A stretch of DNA of 26,119 nt from Bugula neritina (Eukaryota > Animalia > Bryozoa), in contig CAXIUT010000165.1 of the NCBI GenBank assembly GCA_964035545.1, positions 1 to 26,119 on the forward strand, read 5' to 3'. This document shows positions 1-12,594 of this stretch, piece after piece. The notes beneath the pieces were generated by a model. That model was not told the DNA's origin. It did no database searches and saw only the letters and a program-made list of their open reading frames with translations. A program made the position numbers and the translations under genes. Numbering within the stretch: position 1 is the first letter of the stretch; the number at the start of each line of letters is the position of its first letter.

Positions 1-88
1 CCCAACCCCCAACCCCAACCCCAACCCCAACCCCAACCCCAACCCCAACCCCAACCCCAACCCCAACCCCAACCCCAACCCCAACCCC
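1..88 (+). repeat. Left telomere, (CCCCAA)n
   Basis: About 14 tandem C4A2 units at the window start, with one C5 variant at 6-10. Orientation is correct for a left chromosome end. Confidence 0.98.
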
Positions 89-262
89 ATAAATGATATA
101 GAAGAAGTCATTAGAAGAAATATAATTTTGGTAACGAATTAAAAGTTTAATTTTTATCAGATATTTAATATTGATTGGAATAAGAGGAGATGATGTAATA
201 GTTTGTGATTTAAAATATGAGAAGAATAATTATTCTATTATTCTTAATTATAGAAAAAGAAC

Positions 263-1151
263 ATGTCGATTACTATATCAAACTATAGTGAGATTTGTAA
301 TGCTCCTACCAATCAATCTTCAGCTAAAATGCTATATACTTTTAGCAAACAGAATCGCTTCTAGAAAAGAAAAACCATCATGTATGTTTTCTTCTACTCT
401 TAGATGTGATAAAATGTATGAACTTAAAAATACTCTTTCAAGACGGGGAGCTGCCTTCGGATATGGACATAAATACGACTTTACTAAAGATTTACCTGAA
501 TCACCTCCTCCTAATACATATCATTTTAATGATTAATTTGAAGGCAGTCCCAAAAAAGGATTTTCCTTTGGCTAAAGTCGAGAAAGAATGATGATGACTG
601 GACCTCTAGTAAGTAGTATAAGCAACAAAAATCCAGGTCCAGGAAGATATTAATCAAAAGGAACCAAATCTAATATCCATTATTCTCTATCTGGCAAGAT
701 GGAATACTAAAATAAAGAACAACTGGGAATCCCTGGACCAGGTAAATACCCTTCTACTTTTACTTTAAGCAAAGATGGTAAATATTTTAACGCAAAACAT
801 AAAAATAGTTGTGTAAGAGATTTCGGAAGAGTTTTAGGTAGATGTAAAACTGCTTAGAGTAAACTACCTGGACCAGGTAAATATGATGTTTCTACTCATC
901 AAGATATATCTCCAAAAGGAAGATACTGTCTATCTCGATATGACAACTGTTTGGCTAGAAGTTTCGGTAGTTCCAAAAGAGGAGATATGTGTCTGAATCG
1001 CAAGACTCCAGGACCTGGAAACTATCGTATTCCAAGTGAGTTTGGATACTATGCTTCGAAGAAGGCATTTTAGGCTTAGCAGAAGATGAAGAATGGTAAC
1101 AAGTAGAACTGTGCTGACACTTGTGAGGGATCTGAATTTAAAGGCAAGTGA
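263..1151 (+). CDS. SHIPPO-repeat (PGPGxY) ODF3-like ciliary/cytoskeletal protein
   Basis: ATG 263, 22-nt GT-AG intron at 382-403, TGA 1149-1151 with TAR=Glu. Repeats SPPPNTY, NPGPGRY, IPGPGKY, LPGPGKY and TPGPGNYRIPSEFG. Confidence 0.85.
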
Positions 1152-1218
1152 TTAAACCTTTTCTATTCATAAATATTGCTAGTTTACATAATCTAGATAT
1201 TATGATATATCATAAAGA

Positions 1219-4200
1219 TCATGAATGAGTAAAATTTTTAAATGAAAACTACGAAAGCAATCCAGAATTGATTCTTTTTCTCTAAGTAACATTCAATTCT
1301 TAATTTTTGGTTGGTATTTTAATTTTTCTTTATAAAACTTTAATGGTTTCTTTCAATTGTCCTTATTCTTATTAAAAGTTATTGATTTTGATATGACATA
1401 ATTAAAGTTCAGACGAAAGTTATTTAATTTTGAATTATTTTTTATCATGATTTATTTTAAGATTGTTTATTTATTGTTATTTCATTTATACTAGATTTCT
1501 TAATGATTTTTCTGTATGTTTTTGTTAATCTATTTTTTGTTTTAGTATGAAATGTTAATTATTGTATTATGATTTTATTCCTTTTGTTTTTATTTATAGT
1601 TAGTTATTGGTCATTTTCTTTATTTTTTATTATTTTTATATCAAATGGTTTATACGATTGTTATTATTCTTTATTGTATCTTATAAATTTCTTATACTTT
1701 TTGTCAATTGTCTCTATTTTTATTGTGATTATGATAATTGTAGTTTTAATTATTTTTATATCTTATTTTTATGTTATAACTAATACTAATAATCTTATTT
1801 TAGTTATTTCTATCTAAGTGACTGCTTTGATTTGTCTTCGATTGTCTTTTATCTTTATTTTGATATTTATTTTTATAATTATTCGATAAGAGTATCTTTT
1901 TCTATTATTTTTAATTATAACAATTTGACAAGTCTGAAATGTGATCCTTATTATCTTTTCTTTTATTATTTTTATCTTTTTATCTTCTAAAATTAGTGTT
2001 AAGTAGAATGTAATAATTTTTGTAATTCCATTATTTTTATCTAATTCACATCATTTCTAGGACTAGTTGGTTTCGAGTATAATTGACTATTTTTTAATTT
2101 CTAATATTGATTTTTTTAATGAGACAGATATTTACTAGTTTATTATATTTTATTTTTTAATTAGTTATTTTATCTATTCATCTATTTAATCTCTTATTTA
2201 TAACTATTGATTTGATTATCTTTATTTTTGAACAATAATGTTTTACTGGTTATTTCTTATATTTTATTATCAAGTTCTTCATTGATATTTTTATTTTATA
2301 GTTATAAATTTGATAATTTTTTATTTAATCTATTTATCTAATTCTATAATTACTTATTGTTTAATTTTTATTGGTATGATTTTAATTTTAGTTATTCATT
2401 TTATATTTTTAACTTGTTATTTATTGATTTATATTATTATCTTTATGGGGATATTGATAGTTATCTATTATTTATTTTTTGAGGACTTAAAGATATTTGA
2501 CTTTATATCTATGATAGAGATGGAATTTATTATTTCTTTATTATTTTATTTAGTTTTTATAGCTATCTTTATTTATTTTATATTAAATCTTTCATTTATT
2601 GTATTTTTTATAATTTTTATTTTATTTTATTATGTTTTTATATGTAAAATAACAAAGAAGAGTTAAATATTTTCATTACTGATTCATCTATATTTTAGTA
2701 TCGATATTATTAATAAACAATTTTTATTTTTTATGATTTCTATAAAATACTACATAAATTAATCAATATCTCTTTAATATCTATTTTTATTTTATGATTA
2801 TTACTTCTTTCTTTTTATAATTGATTTTTCATCATTATTATTTATTTCTTTACTGATGATATTTTCTTTTAATAATCATTTAAAGTATTTTATAGTTATT
2901 ATTTATTAATGACCTTTTTAGATAAATCTTATATGATATCATGTTTTTTTTATAATTATGATTTTACATTAGATGTATTTTATTTTTATAGATTGTATTT
3001 AGATTAATACATTTTGATATCTTTATATAATTTTTAATTTTGGTTATTTATTTTTTTATAATGTATTTGTAGTTAATTATATTACTCATTTTTACTTCTT
3101 AATTGCAGTTATATCTTCTTTATTATATCTACCATCTATTCTTTCTCTTTTTTATTTTTATTTATCAATACTAATGTATCAGATTATATTTTATCTACCT
3201 AATTTTGCCAATACTTATCTCTTTATTAATAAAATTTCTACATCTATTTCTAATTTCTTTAATTATACCATCTTTATATATTTTACTATCGTTAATTTGA
3301 TAGAGTTATCATTGATAGTTATTCTTATGTTTTTTTTAATTTTATTTATAAAGTTGTTTTTTATTTTATATAATCTATATATCTTTTATGTTATTATTTT
3401 AGTTATAATTATAATTTATTTATATCTTTTTTTAGATTTTAATTTTAGTATTCCAGTTATTATTTTTTTTATTTTTAGGTATTGTTTATTAGTTTTAATT
3501 TTGATATTTATTTTTTAAGGAGATTTAATTAATTTATTTTTGAATATTCGTTTACTGTTTTAGTTTATAGCTATTACATGTATATTTCTATATTATTTCT
3601 TTAGATTTATCCTTAATATTGTAGTTACTATATTTGTTGGTTATATTTGCTTCTTTATGATATTAATTTCTAATTAGCAAATTATAGTTGCTTTTTATAT
3701 TAAGATATCAAATTTTATTATTTGTTTATTTTTTATTTCATTTATGCCAGTTATTTTTATAGTTATTTTAAAGAAAATCTGCAGAGTTATAACTAGTAAG
3801 ATGTTGATATGTTTTTATCATTAAGTTCATTTATTTATAAGATTTTTTTATCTTTTTATATGTTAATTTAGTTGATAACTTTTTATAATTTCTTTAGAGT
3901 TATTTATTTTTATGATTGAATTGATCTTTATTATAATATTTTATTTTATAAAGTGGATATTTCTTTTTAATAATGATTATTTTTAATATTTATAGATTAT
4001 ATTTGTTCAATAGATGATTTATATTTACTATTTTATTATTCCAATTTGATTTAATAATAATTGATTTTTTATTGTACTTATTTTTATATTTTTTTGATTT
4101 AGAAAAGAAGTTTATTTCTTTCTTGTTAACTTTAATTATAAAGTTTAAGATATTTTTTACTCTACATGTTAATTTGTTAATATTTATTATCATTTATTTT

Positions 4201-5088
4201 ATCATAATATTTAATTTTCTTTTATAATTATTAACAATAGCTACTATAAGTATTATTTTGTTATTGTAGTTCTATATTATGTTCTTATAATTTTATATTA
4301 ATTGACACTATTTATTTATATTGATTTTAAACAGCCATTTGTTATTGTTTTGTTAATCGTAATTCAGTATTAACTGCATTTAGTTCTTCCTATAGATGAT
4401 TTATTTATAATTTTACAAAAGATTTATTTTTTATTTGTGTTTTTTAGATACTTGTTTTTAGACGTTTTCCTCGAGTATATTGACTGCTTTTATCATCGAA
4501 TAGTTGAATAAAATCTTATCGGATGTTTTAGTTATCAATATTAGAATATTAAGTTTTATTGACATAGTTATGCTTGATAATGGATTTTATTTTTTTGGGG
4601 GAAGGAAGAGGATAATGACTATGACTATGAAAATTTTAATTAGGTTGTTTTGATTATTTTATTTTATTTTTAGTTGAAAATTGATTGTTGGAGAGATGTA
4701 CGTTCAACCATATTTTAGCATTTCTATCGAAACATTTTTAGATAGGAAAAGAGATGGTTTGTTTTGTGGTTTAGTAGTTGACAAAATTGGCTAAATTTAT
4801 GTTGATTTATCCCATTTTGATATATCGACCTTATGCTTAGAAATCAAGAAGGATAGTATCTATAAATAAATCATACTTTCCATCTTTGTTTTTAGATAGA
4901 ATTCTTGTTTATTCCTATGGATAAGAATGGAATATTATTTTGTTTTTTATTGATTATTTGCTTTAACCGATTAATATTTTAACATCTTATGAAACAACGT
5001 ATGCTCTTACTTTATTGAAGAGCGAGTGGTTCTTTATTTATAAACTATCTATGAGGTATTGGACTTTGAAGGGAACGTTTGTAGTCAT
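1219..5088 (-). CDS. Large coiled-coil protein (1289 aa) with a probable N-terminal NT-C2 (EEIG1/EHBP1-type) domain
   Basis: 3870 nt from ATG (5088) to TGA (1221-1219); a manual scan found no in-frame TGA. The N-terminus includes KMGEININLANFVN...SFPIEKCFDRNAKIWL, resembling NT-C2 domains. The remainder is E/K/N/I-rich. The domain call is by eye. Confidence 0.75.
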
Positions 5089-5145
5089 TATTTATCTTAT
5101 TTTATTTGTAAATATAGAATTATTAATCGTAATTATAATAGATCT
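5089..5145. promoter_or_regulatory. 57-bp divergent intergenic region (putative bidirectional promoter)
   Basis: AT-rich spacer between the oppositely oriented ATGs of the coiled-coil gene (5088) and the PRP4 kinase (5146). Promoter function is inferred from position only. Confidence 0.5.
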
Positions 5146-6447
5146 ATGAAAGAAGATTATGATTCTGATCGGGAAGGGTTTAGAAGTCGAGATGAGGAAG
5201 TGAAAAGAAGAATATAATAAAGAAAAAAAATATTTGCTTAATTTTAGAGTAGAGCCTAGAAGAGGTCAAAGATTTAGTAAAGAGTCAAAGAGCCAAAACA
5301 TTAAAAATATTTAGGACTTTCTCAAACTCTTGTAAAGAAATAACAATAAAGTGAGGGAGAAGACATAGATATGTTTGCTGATAATCTTGATGAAGTGATA
5401 AAATTTGAATAAAAAAATGGATAAATGACTGATGACCAAGGATACTACCATATTATTAGTGGAAAAATAGTTGGTGGAAGATACAAAATAATATAAAAAA
5501 TAGGCAGGGGAGTATTTGGTGTAGTTGCTAAGGCCTAAGATCAAAAGGAAGGTAAAGAAGTGGCGCTTAAAATATTACGTAAAAACGAAGCAACTGTATC
5601 AAGTGGTTAAAGAGAGTATAAAGTTTTATCATCAATGAAAAAGAATGATTATGTAATGAAGATGTCAGATTATTTGCATTAAGATGGACACTTGTTTTTG
5701 GTTTGCTAGTTATTGGGTCCTGACTTGAGAAGTTATACTAGAAAAAATCAAGATAGAATAGCTCTTTAACATATCAGACAGTACGCAATATCAATGTTTA
5801 TGAGTCTTCACTAGTTGAGAAAATATCGAATTATTCATGCAGATATCAAACCTGACAACTTTTTGATGGATATTAATTTGAAAATGATTAAACTGGCAGA
5901 TTTTGGAACGGCTTTTACTATTGATGAACACTCTACTGAAATTGAATATTTGGTTGCTAGATACTATCGAGCTCCTGAGATCATACTGGGATGTGAGATG
6001 CCTTTATAGCAGAGATATGGGATAGATGTGTGGGCAGTTGGTTGTAGTCTTTTCTAGATATTTACGGGTAAATTTTTATTTGATGGCAATAGTAATTGTT
6101 AGATGTTGAAGATGATTATGTAGACAAAGGGTAAATTCAGTGTAAAGATGTTGAAGAAGTGTATAAATTTTGATAAATACTTCGATTCTGAATACAATTT
6201 CATCTACAACTACTATGATAAAAATACAAAGAGCAATACAACTAAGAAGATGCAAGTGAGTTTGACTCAAGAACGATAGTTATTAGGTTTATTAAAGAAA
6301 TCAAGTAGATTTTAGTAGGAATATAAGACATTGTTAAATTTTAGAGATTTTTTGTAGGCTTGTTTATCACTGAATCCAAAGAATAGATTGACTCCGTAAA
6401 CTGCATTTCAGCATCCTTTTTTGAATTATCAAATTAAACTTAAATGA
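5146..6447 (+). CDS. PRPF4B: PRP4-family (PRPF4B-like) serine/threonine kinase, CMGC group
   Basis: Intronless, 433 aa. Motifs DMFA, DDQGYYHIISG..GRY..IGRGVFGVV, HADIKPDN, DFG, YLVARYYRAPEIILG, IDVWAVGCSLFEIFTGK and HPF match PRP4 kinases. Confidence 0.85.
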
Positions 6448-6520
6448 TCTTTATATTACTGGATTATAGTCTTCATAATTCTATAAGAACTTTTATTCTT
6501 ATTAAGTTATTTTTATTTTG

Positions 6521-7075
6521 ATGGACAATCATAGTTCAGACTATTAGTGTCGTGATATTTCATCATCTGAAGACAGATGTAAATGCCAGCAGTGTAAAAA
6601 TCAGGCTGAGCTACAACTTCATTTTAAGAAGCCTTTATCGAATATTTATCTTTATCGTCATTTGAAGAAAAGATAAGGTCCTCCAATAAAAAAAGATTTC
6701 AACAAAGATATCAATAACAAGTCCAAAATGGCCAGTAAGCAGTAAATTTAAACTAAACAAGCTGCCACTCCTGTTAAATATAAACCTGATAGAAGTAAAT
6801 AAGCTTCTCCTGCTTTTCTAGCATAATATCATATGGTAAGTCATTCTCAGAGATTCAAGTTGGCAAAGGAGTAGAGTGGTATATCTGATGTAAGGAGGGA
6901 AGAGCGACTCAGGCCGAAGATAAGATCGACTTATGAGGGGATGAGATTGGTCTAGATTAGTGAAAACCCATAAAACATAAAAATAGCAATTAGACATACT
7001 CCATCTGCCTAGAGAAATAGAGTTGATGCTAGTCCGAATGGTGGCAACATAATAAAAGAGAATTTGAAGGAATGA
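6521..7075 (+). CDS. Hypothetical basic protein (184 aa)
   Basis: Open frame ATG 6521 to TGA 7073-7075 fills the gap between two genes and has coding-like composition. It has an N-terminal CKCQQC. No family recognised. Confidence 0.65.
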
Positions 7076-7127
7076 GAATGATCAAATTATTCATAAATAG
7101 AATTGTATGATATTAATTAAGTTAATA

Positions 7128-8631
7128 ATGGAAAAGGGGATGATCATAAAGAAGGAGATCTTTATCAAAAAGAGTAAAGAAGATATTCGACAATACTATG
7201 ATATCGATCCTAAAGTAGATTTGATGTTTTTCAGGAAATAGGCAAAGGAGCTTATGGCAAAATATATATTGGTCGCCCGAAGGACAAACCTAAAACTGTT
7301 AGAGCGGTCAAAATAATCAAAAAACAATTCAATAATAACTATAATATGAATGAAGCATTGATATTGAAGGAACTAGACCATCCTAATGTACTTAAACTGT
7401 ATGAGATTTTTGAAGATAATCAGGCTTTTTATCTTGTCACTGAGTAATTAATAAACTAAATAGTTATTTGTAAGGCGGAGATCTATTGAATAGACTATAG
7501 AAAGGAGTTATTAGTGAGCAGCAGACAAGAGAAATATTCAAGCAGGCACTGGAGGCAGTGGCTTACTGTCATAATCAAAAAATAGTTCATCGAGATATAA
7601 AATTATAAAATTTTGTTTTTTTGAGTACCAAAACATCTATTTTGAAACTGATTGATTTCGGAATGGCCTTAAAATGGTCAGGAGATATAAAAAGTTATTT
7701 GGCTAAATAGCGTTCAAAAGCTATTGGTAGTGTATTTTTCTTATGATATAGGTCTTATACATAGCTCCTGAGTGTTTAAGAGCTAGTTATACTTAGAAAT
7801 GCGATATTTGGTCTTTGGGAGTTATTTTGTATGCGATGGTTTCTGCTCAGTTTCCCTTTGAAGGAAATACTGATAAATAGATTCAAAAAAGTATTAATTG
7901 TTTGAAATTTACTATTCCCAGTACTTTTATATTAATTTAGTATAGAAATTGTAGGTAAGTAAAAATTTGAAAGATCTTCTATGGAAGTTATTTACCTCAT
8001 AAGATAAAAGATTATCAGCTGGATAGATATTTGAGCATGTTTGGATGAAATAATAACCATCTAAAACGAGTATGAAATTGAATTTTAGTAAATTGGCTTC
8101 ATTTTCTAAATTTTCAAAAGTTTATTCATATTTATATAGATAAAAACTTTAGCTGTATCATTTATTGCATCTCAACTATCATAGAAGTAAATCTAAAAGC
8201 TATCTGTTCTATTTCGCCAGTTGGATTTGAATCATGATGGTTATTTATCTGTGGATTAGATTCGTTTTGCTTTTTAGAATCAGAAAGAGAAGTCATCATT
8301 GAATTAGCTGAGTAAGTTGATCGAGTTTATTGATACTGATAAGAATGGTAAGATCAATTATACTTAATTTATCTCTTGTTGCATGGATAATTCTGTTATA
8401 TTTAAGTAGTAAAATTTAAAGGCTACTTTCAAGTTGTTGGATAGAGATTAAAATGGACATATTGATCGTTAGGAGTTAACTAAATTACTTAAAGGTATTA
8501 AATTTATTAATTAAGAAAACGGAAGAGAGTTCAATCCTAAGGTGGTGGAGTAAATCATCAATACTTGTGATAAAAATGGAGATGGGTTGATAGATTATAA
8601 GTAATTCATGTAGAATATGTCAAAGAGGTGA
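7128..8631 (+). CDS. Calcium-dependent protein kinase (kinase domain plus four EF-hands)
   Basis: GKGAYG, AVK, HRDIKLEN, DFG, YIAPE and CDIWSLG, followed by EF-hands DLNHDGYLSVDE, DTDKNGKINYTE, DRDENGHIDREE and DKNGDGLIDYKE. Introns at 7215-7234, 7444-7463, 7732-7751, 7921-7940 and 8120-8139 (20 nt each), plus a probable 21-nt intron at 8495-8515. Confidence 0.92.
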
Positions 8632-8684
8632 AAGGATGTTAAATGATAGTGAATTATAAATTTAATGAATATTTATCATATATC

Positions 8685-9637
8685 TCAGAGCTGTGCTCTT
8701 GCTTGAGATATAAGACGGTAGTCTTCCGACGAAAGCCTTGGAATGTAGAGCAAATCTACTGCACATTCAAGGTATTTGATATTGTTGTTCATCTTTCCGA
8801 GGTTCAAGATGTACAACGGGTACTACTCGTTGAGGTAACGAGTCATGAACAAACCGAACACAGATTGAAAGCCTGGGTTTTATGTGTTTGAAAAGAAGCT
8901 GCTTAATTGAGTGATACCGAATCGAACATTTTTAGAGGTTATGGAAGTAAAATATTTCAAATATTAGTTGTAAGACACATTGTGTTCACAACAGTAATAT
9001 CTGAGTTCCTTCTCATATTATGGTCGAAACATTTTTTGCATCACAGTTGAAGTGATGTTGCCAGGTATGTTTTTATCATATTGATTTTTTGTTTTCTTCT
9101 TTTGAGGTCTAAATTTACTTTTTTATTGTTTTTTAGGCTTTTTAGAAGTATCTGCAGGCTTATCTAATAGTTTTATCCTTTTTAAATGATTTTGGCTATT
9201 TTTTTATGCAGATTATTTTTCTATTGACTAAATGAGTTGAAATGTAACCGATTAAGAATAAGAATCGTAGATATTGTCTTAGTCACCTTTAGAAGGCTAT
9301 TTTTGTTGTTTTTGGTAAGGATTCTTGATCAATGTGAAGTTATCAAGAGGACTTTGATAAGTTAGAGAATGTGGATGTTTATTGATGTCCATCTAAGTAG
9401 AGGGAAGTTTACACAGGAGTCAGGCATGTAGGGAAAAGATTAATTTTAAAAACATATACCTTTACTCTCATCAATATCCTATTAGATCATTTGTTTAAGA
9501 GGGAATAAACCAGAAGAACGAGGAACCTAGTCCATTAAATAACTATCAAAATATCTGGCTGAGTTAAATACCCTTGGGCAAGGTGTCAAAGTCAGCCGAT
9601 GTTATAAATAACAGTGATTTCTAAAAATTAAAGTCAT
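8685..9637 (-). CDS. Uncharacterised family protein, paralog 1 (YDKNI...FMTRYL...YILNLGKM domain)
   Basis: TGA at 8687-8685 and a 20-nt intron at 9393-9412. The start is either ATG 9637 or the in-frame ATG 9535. The C-terminal domain aligns by eye with three other genes in the window. Confidence 0.7.
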
Positions 9638-9777
9638 TAATTTTTGTTTAAATGATAATTTTTATGTTGGAGATAAGAAAATCTTAAGATACAAATGTTT
9701 TTGATAAGATTATAATTTAAATTTATAAAAGGGTCTTTAGAGCTACTAAGAATATATATCGATAATATAATAATAGT

Positions 9778-11499
9778 ATGGAAGTTAGTAAAGATGTATA
9801 GTAGTAAATTATTCTTTAAAAAATATAGTCAGATTCTCATACACCTGCTTATAGAAAATATCTCAAAACAAAAATGATAGGCAGAGGTTTTTTTAAATTT
9901 ATTTAGGAGGATTTGCAAACTGCTATGAAGGAGTAGATCTAGAAGACAATACCAAGATCGCAATAAAAGTGATAGAGAAGAAAAATCTTACAAGAAACAG
10001 GGCTAAGCAAAAGGTAGATGTGATTTAATTTAGCTTCTATCAGAAGTAAAAATTCATAAAATGCTTGATCATAAATATGTAGTCAAATTTTTGAGGGTAT
10101 TTGAAGATTTGAAAAGGGTATTTATGATCGTATAGTTGTGTTCGAATCGAGTACATTGAATGATAGTCAGACTTTAAACTAACTGGTTCGTAGAAGAAAA
10201 AGGTTATCTTCTTTATAGGTCAAGAGATTCATGAAACAACTTATAGAAGCTATCTAATATTTGCATTCATTGAAGGTGATTCATAGAGATTTGAAAATGG
10301 CTAATATATTTTTAGATTAATAAATGAATATCAAAGTTGGAGATTTAGGATTGGCTACCAAAGTATTATTTAATGAGGAAAGAAAAAGAACTATGTGTGG
10401 GACTCCTAACTATATAGCTCCTGAGATAATACAGGGAGGAAGTGGACATTCTTATGAAGTAGATATATGGTCTGCTGGAGTTATTTGCTATGCTATGATG
10501 TATGGAAGACCACCATTTTAGTCTTCAGAAATCACTAAAACTTATGATAAAATAAGAAATGGAACATTTTAATTTGAAGTAAAAAAATATTTATCAAGAA
10601 TATTGAAGGAATCACAGAAGATTTCAAAGATTTTATATCAAAAATACTAATTTTAGATCCAAAGAAGAGATTGACTTTGGAATAAATGAGAAATCATCCT
10701 TTTTTAAATTTAGAAATACCTCAAATAACATATAACAAGTACAATAAGTAAAATTCAGATTGACTTCTACACCGATTTTTGATAGCCTGAATCACGTCTG
10801 CAAGACAATACTTCCTCAGGAGGGAAATATAATAGAATAGAAAATAATAAAATCAAAACAGTCAACCAATTTTACTTTAAAAGATTAGAATAAAATGTAA
10901 AAGGAATGGAATTATACTAGTGTTCTTTGTTATGTGGATTATTCAACTAAATATGGACTGGGTTATATTTTATCAAATGGGAGTTATGGAGTTTACTATA
11001 ATGACTCATCTCTTCTCTATTTAGATAAAAAATAAAAGTACATTGATATTTATTTAGTGTATTTCACTATATTGCTAATCCTACATTAACTGAGGAAGTT
11101 GCTAAGCTTTTGACTAAAGAATAAATATAAAAGGCTGGCTAGTTTACCAAAAAATATTTGCTTTGGAAGAAATTCAAAATCTATCTTGATGATCAAATCC
11201 CTTCTCCTTAAAAATAAAGTGGATCATATTAAAGTTCTTAGCAGGTAATATATTTAAAGCAATGGCTAAAAACGAAGCATGCTATATTTTTTAGACTTAA
11301 TAACAAGATATTTCAGGTTGATTTTTTCGATGGAAGCCGTATATCTTTAAAAACTGATTCAAAAGATATCTATATCAAGAGTAAGAAGGGATAAGTTAAG
11401 ACGTCATCCCTTCAGGAGGCTCTCAACTCGAATATTGGAGAGACAGCTAGAAGAATTAAGTATATCAGATAGATTCTTAATAAAGTTAAACAAAAATGA
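9778..11499 (+). CDS. PLK1: Polo-like kinase
   Basis: [48 protein letters not shown] and GRPPFE; polo-box [24 protein letters not shown] and [23 protein letters not shown]. Six 20-nt introns: 9887-9906, 10014-10033, 10151-10170, 10579-10598, 10739-10758, 11038-11057. Confidence 0.93.
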
Positions 11500-11527
11500 A
11501 TAAAAAAGATAAATGATAATATTTCTA

Positions 11528-12452
11528 TCAAAGCATGCTGTTTTTTATTTATTCAATATTGGATTGATTATTGTTTTTCATTTATCGCAGAATTTTCATG
11601 AGTTTTGATGGGTCTTTTGTTATTTTATCATGGAAAGGACTTCCTGTTACTGCTCGAACAAATATGTTTATTTATCGCTATTTTCGAAGGGTAGATGGAA
11701 TTGACCAAACAATACCTGAGTCAGACTATTGTTTTATCAGTTAATTAAAGTAGTTTTGCATTGCTTTATTTTATTTTTATACACTTTTACCCCAAGTCAT
11801 GTTGTGAATGGCATATTAATGACCACAAAAGATATCGCTTTCTAAATCAACTATTTTGTATATATTTTCAATGTTTTTTGCCATTTAAGATGCATCTCCT
11901 TCAAAGAATCTTCCGATACCTCCAATAAATAGAGTATCTCCTGTAAAAGTACAAGAATGAGAATCAAAAATTTTGATTTTCTTTCCTTAAAGAGTATTTT
12001 CAGCTATTTTAGGATAGTCCTAAATTAGGTTTTAAGTTTGAGGCAAAAAGTTAAAGATAGTATGACCTCTAGTGTGACAAGGCACATGAATTGTTTTAAC
12101 TTTGCTTTATCCGATTATAAGATCTTAGTTATTTTTTATTGAATAATTTGATCCTTTGACAAATTCTTTGTCTTGTTATCCTATCATGATTTTAACTTGA
12201 GGATTAGATGATTTCAGAATTTATGAGAGTTACTAAGAGCTTCCTGCATGATCCCAATGCTTATGAGTGTAAAGGACATGTGAGACAATATATTGAGGAA
12301 AGTTTGTAGTTAGATAGTTCATCACTACTGTTGGATTAGCTGGGTCGATAAGTACTAAACTTTTTCTTGCTGTTCCTGAAATAATGTAGGAATAGTTGTC
12401 TTCAAAAAAGAGGTAGAGCTACGACCTTATAGTATCTTTTGAGAGCTTGCAT
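11528..12452 (-). CDS. HAGH: Hydroxyacylglutathione hydrolase (glyoxalase II, metallo-beta-lactamase fold) with one +1 frame discontinuity at 12402-12409
   Basis: KVVALPLF/EDNYSYII, THKHWDHAG, VPCHTRGH, FTGDTLFIGGIGRFFEG, FCGHEY and IPST. The span is 925 nt (3n+1) because of an extra T in a T6 run. Confidence 0.88.
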
Positions 12453-12518
12453 TAAATAAGAATATCCAATTCAATATGAATGAAAATGAATTAAAAATAA
12501 TTATGAAATGATTTAATA

Positions 12519-12594
12519 TTGGGGTTGGGGTTGGGGTTGGGGTTGGGGTTGGGGTTGGGGTTGGGGTTGGGGTTGGGGTGTGGGGTTGGGGTTG
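12519..12594 (+). repeat. Internal (TTGGGG)n array: right telomere of segment A
   Basis: About 12 G4T2 units with one GGGGTGTGGGG variant (12575-12585). Preceded by AT-rich subtelomere and followed directly by coding sequence. Confidence 0.95.

Noticed and set aside
1569-3518. Hydrophobic plus-strand ORFs in the supplied track (1569-1817, 2310-2666, 3174-3518) that look like membrane or mitochondrial proteins
   Set aside because: They are antisense shadows of the A-rich minus-strand coiled-coil gene at 1219-5088.
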